Part shown: positions 60,220-64,000 of the stretch, piece by piece | Position numbering within the stretch: position 1 is the stretch's first letter | Layout of the letters: each line of letters begins with the position of its first letter | Origin: a virus | Lineage: Duplodnaviria > Caudoviricetes | Strand: one strand, 5' to 3' | IMG/VR virus record: IMGVR_UViG_3300028832_000117 | Location: 34,312 to 98,311 of that record | Length of the DNA stretch: 64,000 bases | Position numbers and translations under genes: made by a program | The notes under the pieces: generated by a model | The model's input: the letters and a program-made list of their open reading frames with translations, nothing else | Database searches by the model: none | Told to the model about the DNA's origin: nothing

Positions 60220-63200
60220 TCAGACCCATTTCGCATAGAACGTCTTCGTCCCCGTGGCCGTCGCCGGTATCTCCGTCACCGCAGACCCGCTGAAGTCGGA
60301 CATCTCATACCATCCGCCGAACGTCGCGCCGCTCTTCGTGACCTGTGCGGACGTCGGCAGGGCCTTGGCGATGCCTCCGTTGTACTTGAGCGCACCGTAT
60401 GATGACGCGACCTCTCCGCCGTTGGTTACGAGCTTTATGGTGTACCTCACATAGCCCCACTGCACGACCTGCGCTCCAGCCGGCACTTCGCCGGTCGGTT
60501 CGCTTCCTGAGCCCTGCGCCTCTGCAGACCAATGCGCGTACAGCGTCACATCGTAATAGCCCATCCTGTCGTACTCCGTCGCCTGCGTGCCACCATTAAG
60601 CTCTGTGAACCATCCAAGAAACTGGCATCTAGCCTTTGTCGGTCTAGGTAGATAGCCATACTCCGCGCCCTCCGCCACCTCTCGGCTCGATTCGCCAACA
60701 GTGCCACCGACCGCGTCGAAGAACAGGTCGTGCCTTATGTCGCTCGGCTCGACACCCCAATGTGCGTACAGCGTTATCGAACCTGCCGCCACTATCACGG
60801 TGTTGGATGTCGCCCTTGTTCCGCCTGTCGCAGCTGTCCACCAGCCCTCGAACGGACGCAGGTCGTTACGCCTTGGCGTCGGCAGCTCCCCGTACGTGCC
60901 GCCAACATTCCGACGCTGATAGAACGCATTGGCGTCCACGACCTCCGCACCGTTCTCGATCTTGTAGAACTTGCCGCCCATCGTGTTTAGGATGAGAGCG
61001 ACCGACGCACCTTTCCATGTGGAATGCAACACGAGGTTTGCATCCTGGATCTCCGTGTCCACGCCGATCACCGCATTGTCGGACGTCACCCACCCGCCAA
61101 AGGCGTAGCTGCCGTTCGTCCACTCGGCGCTGGGTATGTTCATTCTGCTGCCGTAGTTTGGACCGAAGGTCTCGGGCGTGAAGAATGCCCGCCGCACATT
61201 CCATTTGCGGTAGCGATACGCTGTACTTGAACCTTTGATGACTGTCGTCGCGTTGTCGAAGATCGTCTTTGTGCAGAACCTGACATCGTGGAATTGAACC
61301 TTGTATCCTTCGTCTGCTATAAGAATCACTTGGGCGTGCGTCGCACCAGTAGGAGCCTGGAAGTCCATCGTCTTCCCGCGATATACGTTTCCACCGGCGT
61401 ACGTCTCCCCGTCGACGTAGCCTCGCGCTATCTCGTAGGTCAACTCGTTACCCTGCCCGTCCAGGATGACCGCATTGTTCTCGTCGTAGAACACGACCCT
61501 CGCCGAACAATGCAGCGTCGTATTGTAGTAATCTCCCGGACCGTAGACTTCCGTGATCGTGCTCGGGTCTTCCGTCGCCTCGTCCCACGCAGCGCATGAA
61601 ACATCCAGCGCCATCGAATATGCTTCGCCGGCCGTGACGGGAATCATCGCATGGTTTGCGCCGTGCGCCGTCTCCACCCGCCCGTGCCCCTGCCTCGCAA
61701 ACAGCACTATGCTGTCGCAGCATGTGCCGTCTGCCCAGTACTCGGCGGAGAATCCGACATTGCGAATGTGCTTGCTGAGAGCTCCCGCGCTTGCGTCCGA
61801 CACCGCCACATTCTCCGCGAACTCCTGCCAGAGGAACATCGAGTCGTACGCGACCTCCCGAACCTCCAATGCGCCTATCCGCAGCATGAAACTGAACCAT
61901 ACTATGCTCGCGGTTCCGTCCGCAACGAATGTCTGCACATTCTCGACCTGCACGCTCACGCCAGTAGATGGGTCGATAACGGTCTTGGTCGTTCCGTCGA
62001 AGTTCACGCTCGTGTCGGGGTCGATGGCCGTCCCCCAGACCTTTACCGTGGAACCCGACGGCACGTCGTTTATCCAGACTACGACCTCATGCCCGGGCGC
62101 AGGTGCGGGTGACGCCGGAACGATCGTCTGCTCGGCTCCGTCGTCTATCGTGTACTTCACCGCAGCGACGCCATAGCCCAGGTGGACTGGAAGGTTCGCA
62201 TAGGTGTAATACTCCACCGTCGGCGTGGTTGCATTGAAGGTGAATCTGCGCTCGACGGGCTGAAGCGGCACTCCATCATAATCTGAAGAGGCCGCCGAGA
62301 TCACCCTGCCGTACTGATCCTTCGCCACATAGTATCCCGTGTCGCCGTACTCGAGCATTTCGTTCCACGTACGGAAGCCTCTCGGTGTGACCGTAGGATA
62401 GGCGAGATGCCCCGGGGCAAAGAAATACGACCAGTCGCCTATCATCGCAAAATAGAGTCTGCACCAGCTACCCTCAAACAGGGTTATGGAGAAGTTGTCG
62501 CTGTATCCGCCGCTTCTGTAGTATCCAGGGTGCTCCCATATCCACTTGGCGAGCAAGACATTGGAAGACTCGGGCCAATTTTCAAAATACATGCCGCGCA
62601 CGCCAAGTTTAGCCTCCACCTCGAACGTCCGCGCCCACCAAGCCCAGATGTACGTATCATCCGAAACGCGATCGCCTGTTGACATCTGCCTTATCGCAGG
62701 GTTCTTCCTCGGATCGGTCTTCAGACTCCGCTCACCGACGAACCACCCCATCAGCTCAAAGTCGTATTTGCAGTAGACATGCGGAATTGTTATCGCCACG
62801 CTCGGTGTCGCCGTATCTACGGCCAGCTCGTATGTATCCGTGTGTGTGGGGACATCCTCGCTCTCGTCAAACGAGCCAGCCGCCGTATTCACCGAATATG
62901 TGACCGTGACCACCTTCGCATACTTCATCATTAATAGATTATACCGGACAACCAGACCTTCCGCAACTATATCCGTATCGGGGTAAAGACGATGCGCAGT
63001 AGATCCGATACTATCAAAAGGTCCGAACAGCTGGTATGTCTCGTTGCTTATCTCATCGGATGAGCGCGCGTACCTGCCGACAGTCGTTCTCTTGTCGTCT
63101 CCCCGATCTGACCTGAAGAAGTGCCCATCCTCAGGGGCCTTCCCCGGGCGCCTGATCGAGGCAAAATAGAAACGCCACCAAGCATACCCCATCACCTCTG

Positions 63201-63948
63201 AGTCTGATACCATGTGTTTGGCGCCATACATCGTATAACGTTGGGCTTCGGCAACGCCGTTTTCCGCCGCCCATACCGGTCTGTTGTATTGATCCGCGCT
63301 CAAGGGAATGATGTCCAGCGAGTATTGCTCATCAGAATAACTAAGAAAAGGATAGCCACCGTGGAGACAGCCAATAGATACATCATGCGCCATCATCCAG
63401 CTATTCCAACTAATCTGGCGAGGCTTTGAAGAATACTGATGCCAATACGGGTCGTTTATGGCGACCGTGGGGACGACCGGAACACCCTCGTCGTACCATT
63501 CATCAGGTGATTCGTCACTTTCTTTGTACCTGTTCCTGTAAGTCTTTGCTGTTGTCGCGGTGTACCACCCCTTGAACACGTACCCGGGTATTTCCGGAGC
63601 CTCGAAACACACAAAGTCGTTGAGTGTTTCACCCATGCCGCTTGAGTAGCTGCCAACATACGAATCTGGAATATGGACTATCTCTGGACCTGTTGACAAA
63701 CTGTAGCAATCCTCATATCGCAAATCTATCCGGTCCCGACGGCCCACAGGCGGGAAAGGCGGTGGTTCCGAAGGAGCCCTCATACACGCGTCTCCTCCAG
63801 GCGCATTGCCACGAAAATTCAACACCGTGCCACCCCTATGGTTCTGCATGTTTGCGTAATGCGGTATCCAAGCCGCCAACGGGAACCCGAAATGCACCAC
63901 CGAAAACCTGTTTCCCGTGTGGCTCTCGGCGCAACTCGGTACAGCCAT
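60220..63948 (-). CDS. Large protein with InlB B-repeat (Listeria-Bacteroides repeat) domains
   Basis: At least 5 copies of P.....F.GW(Y/F)...LYA.W. Confidence 0.8.
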   Translation of the reverse strand: MAVPSCAESHTGNRFSVVHFGFPLAAWIPHYANMQNHRGGTVLNFRGNAPGGDACMRAPSEPPPFPPVGRRDRIDLRYEDCYSLSTGPEIVHIPDSYVGSYSSGMGETLNDFVCFEAPEIPGYVFKGWYTATTAKTYRNRYKESDESPDEWYDEGVPVVPTVAINDPYWHQYSSKPRQISWNSWMMAHDVSIGCLHGGYPFLSYSDEQYSLDIIPLSADQYNRPVWAAENGVAEAQRYTMYGAKHMVSDSEVMGYAWWRFYFASIRRPGKAPEDGHFFRSDRGDDKRTTVGRYARSSDEISNETYQLFGPFDSIGSTAHRLYPDTDIVAEGLVVRYNLLMMKYAKVVTVTYSVNTAAGSFDESEDVPTHTDTYELAVDTATPSVAITIPHVYCKYDFELMGWFVGERSLKTDPRKNPAIRQMSTGDRVSDDTYIWAWWARTFEVEAKLGVRGMYFENWPESSNVLLAKWIWEHPGYYRSGGYSDNFSITLFEGSWCRLYFAMIGDWSYFFAPGHLAYPTVTPRGFRTWNEMLEYGDTGYYVAKDQYGRVISAASSDYDGVPLQPVERRFTFNATTPTVEYYTYANLPVHLGYGVAAVKYTIDDGAEQTIVPASPAPAPGHEVVVWINDVPSGSTVKVWGTAIDPDTSVNFDGTTKTVIDPSTGVSVQVENVQTFVADGTASIVWFSFMLRIGALEVREVAYDSMFLWQEFAENVAVSDASAGALSKHIRNVGFSAEYWADGTCCDSIVLFARQGHGRVETAHGANHAMIPVTAGEAYSMALDVSCAAWDEATEDPSTITEVYGPGDYYNTTLHCSARVVFYDENNAVILDGQGNELTYEIARGYVDGETYAGGNVYRGKTMDFQAPTGATHAQVILIADEGYKVQFHDVRFCTKTIFDNATTVIKGSSTAYRYRKWNVRRAFFTPETFGPNYGSRMNIPSAEWTNGSYAFGGWVTSDNAVIGVDTEIQDANLVLHSTWKGASVALILNTMGGKFYKIENGAEVVDANAFYQRRNVGGTYGELPTPRRNDLRPFEGWWTAATGGTRATSNTVIVAAGSITLYAHWGVEPSDIRHDLFFDAVGGTVGESSREVAEGAEYGYLPRPTKARCQFLGWFTELNGGTQATEYDRMGYYDVTLYAHWSAEAQGSGSEPTGEVPAGAQVVQWGYVRYTIKLVTNGGEVASSYGALKYNGGIAKALPTSAQVTKSGATFGGWYEMSDFSGSAVTEIPATATGTKTFYAKWV

Positions 63949-64000
63949 TATTTTAGCCCAACCGCTGGGATACGACGAATTATACCCGCGCCCGACCTTG

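Larger units (their letters stand above)
1..64000. mobile_element. Tailed dsDNA bacteriophage genome segment (podovirus-like layout, two converging arms)
   Basis: Replication module on +; portal-scaffold-capsid-tail-internal virion-fibre-lysis order on -; no host genes. Integrase and large terminase not seen in the window. Confidence 0.95.

Noticed and set aside
21674-63948. Second DGR target
   Set aside because: No further TR-like copy (WLRSP/SYGLAP) found by eye; a computational scan of the whole contig is still advisable

Overview
The window is a 64-kb piece of a high-GC tailed dsDNA phage, probably podovirus-like; no host housekeeping genes, rRNA, tRNA or CRISPR array were seen. Two arms converge on a bidirectional terminator at about 15.1 kb. 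The + arm (1-15.1 kb) is early/replication: Cas4-like nuclease, SSB-like protein, family A DNA polymerase, primase-SF3 helicase, RuvC-like resolvase, HNH endonuclease, HTH/TerS-like and HU-like proteins, GroES and many small ORFs. The - arm (64-15.2 kb) is structural: InlB B-repeat protein, portal, scaffold, major capsid, tail tube/adaptor, internal virion proteins, a protein of about 6,180 aa, tail fibres, a complete diversity-generating retroelement (target-VR, avd, TR, RT) and a lysis-like cassette ending in a papain-like peptidase. Main highlights: (1) the giant protein has an RxP...GCDHDGDK two-barrel RNA polymerase signature plus an HEYFH zincin motif, making it a candidate virion-packaged RNAP polyprotein; (2) the DGR shows 17-19 TR/VR substitutions, all at TR adenines, plus one extra AAC-derived codon in the VR, i.e. 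a length difference; (3) seven sigma70-like promoters share an 18-bp spacer, and the three early ones share an ACCAT-N10-ATGST inverted repeat. All product calls come from motif recognition by eye, not from database searches.
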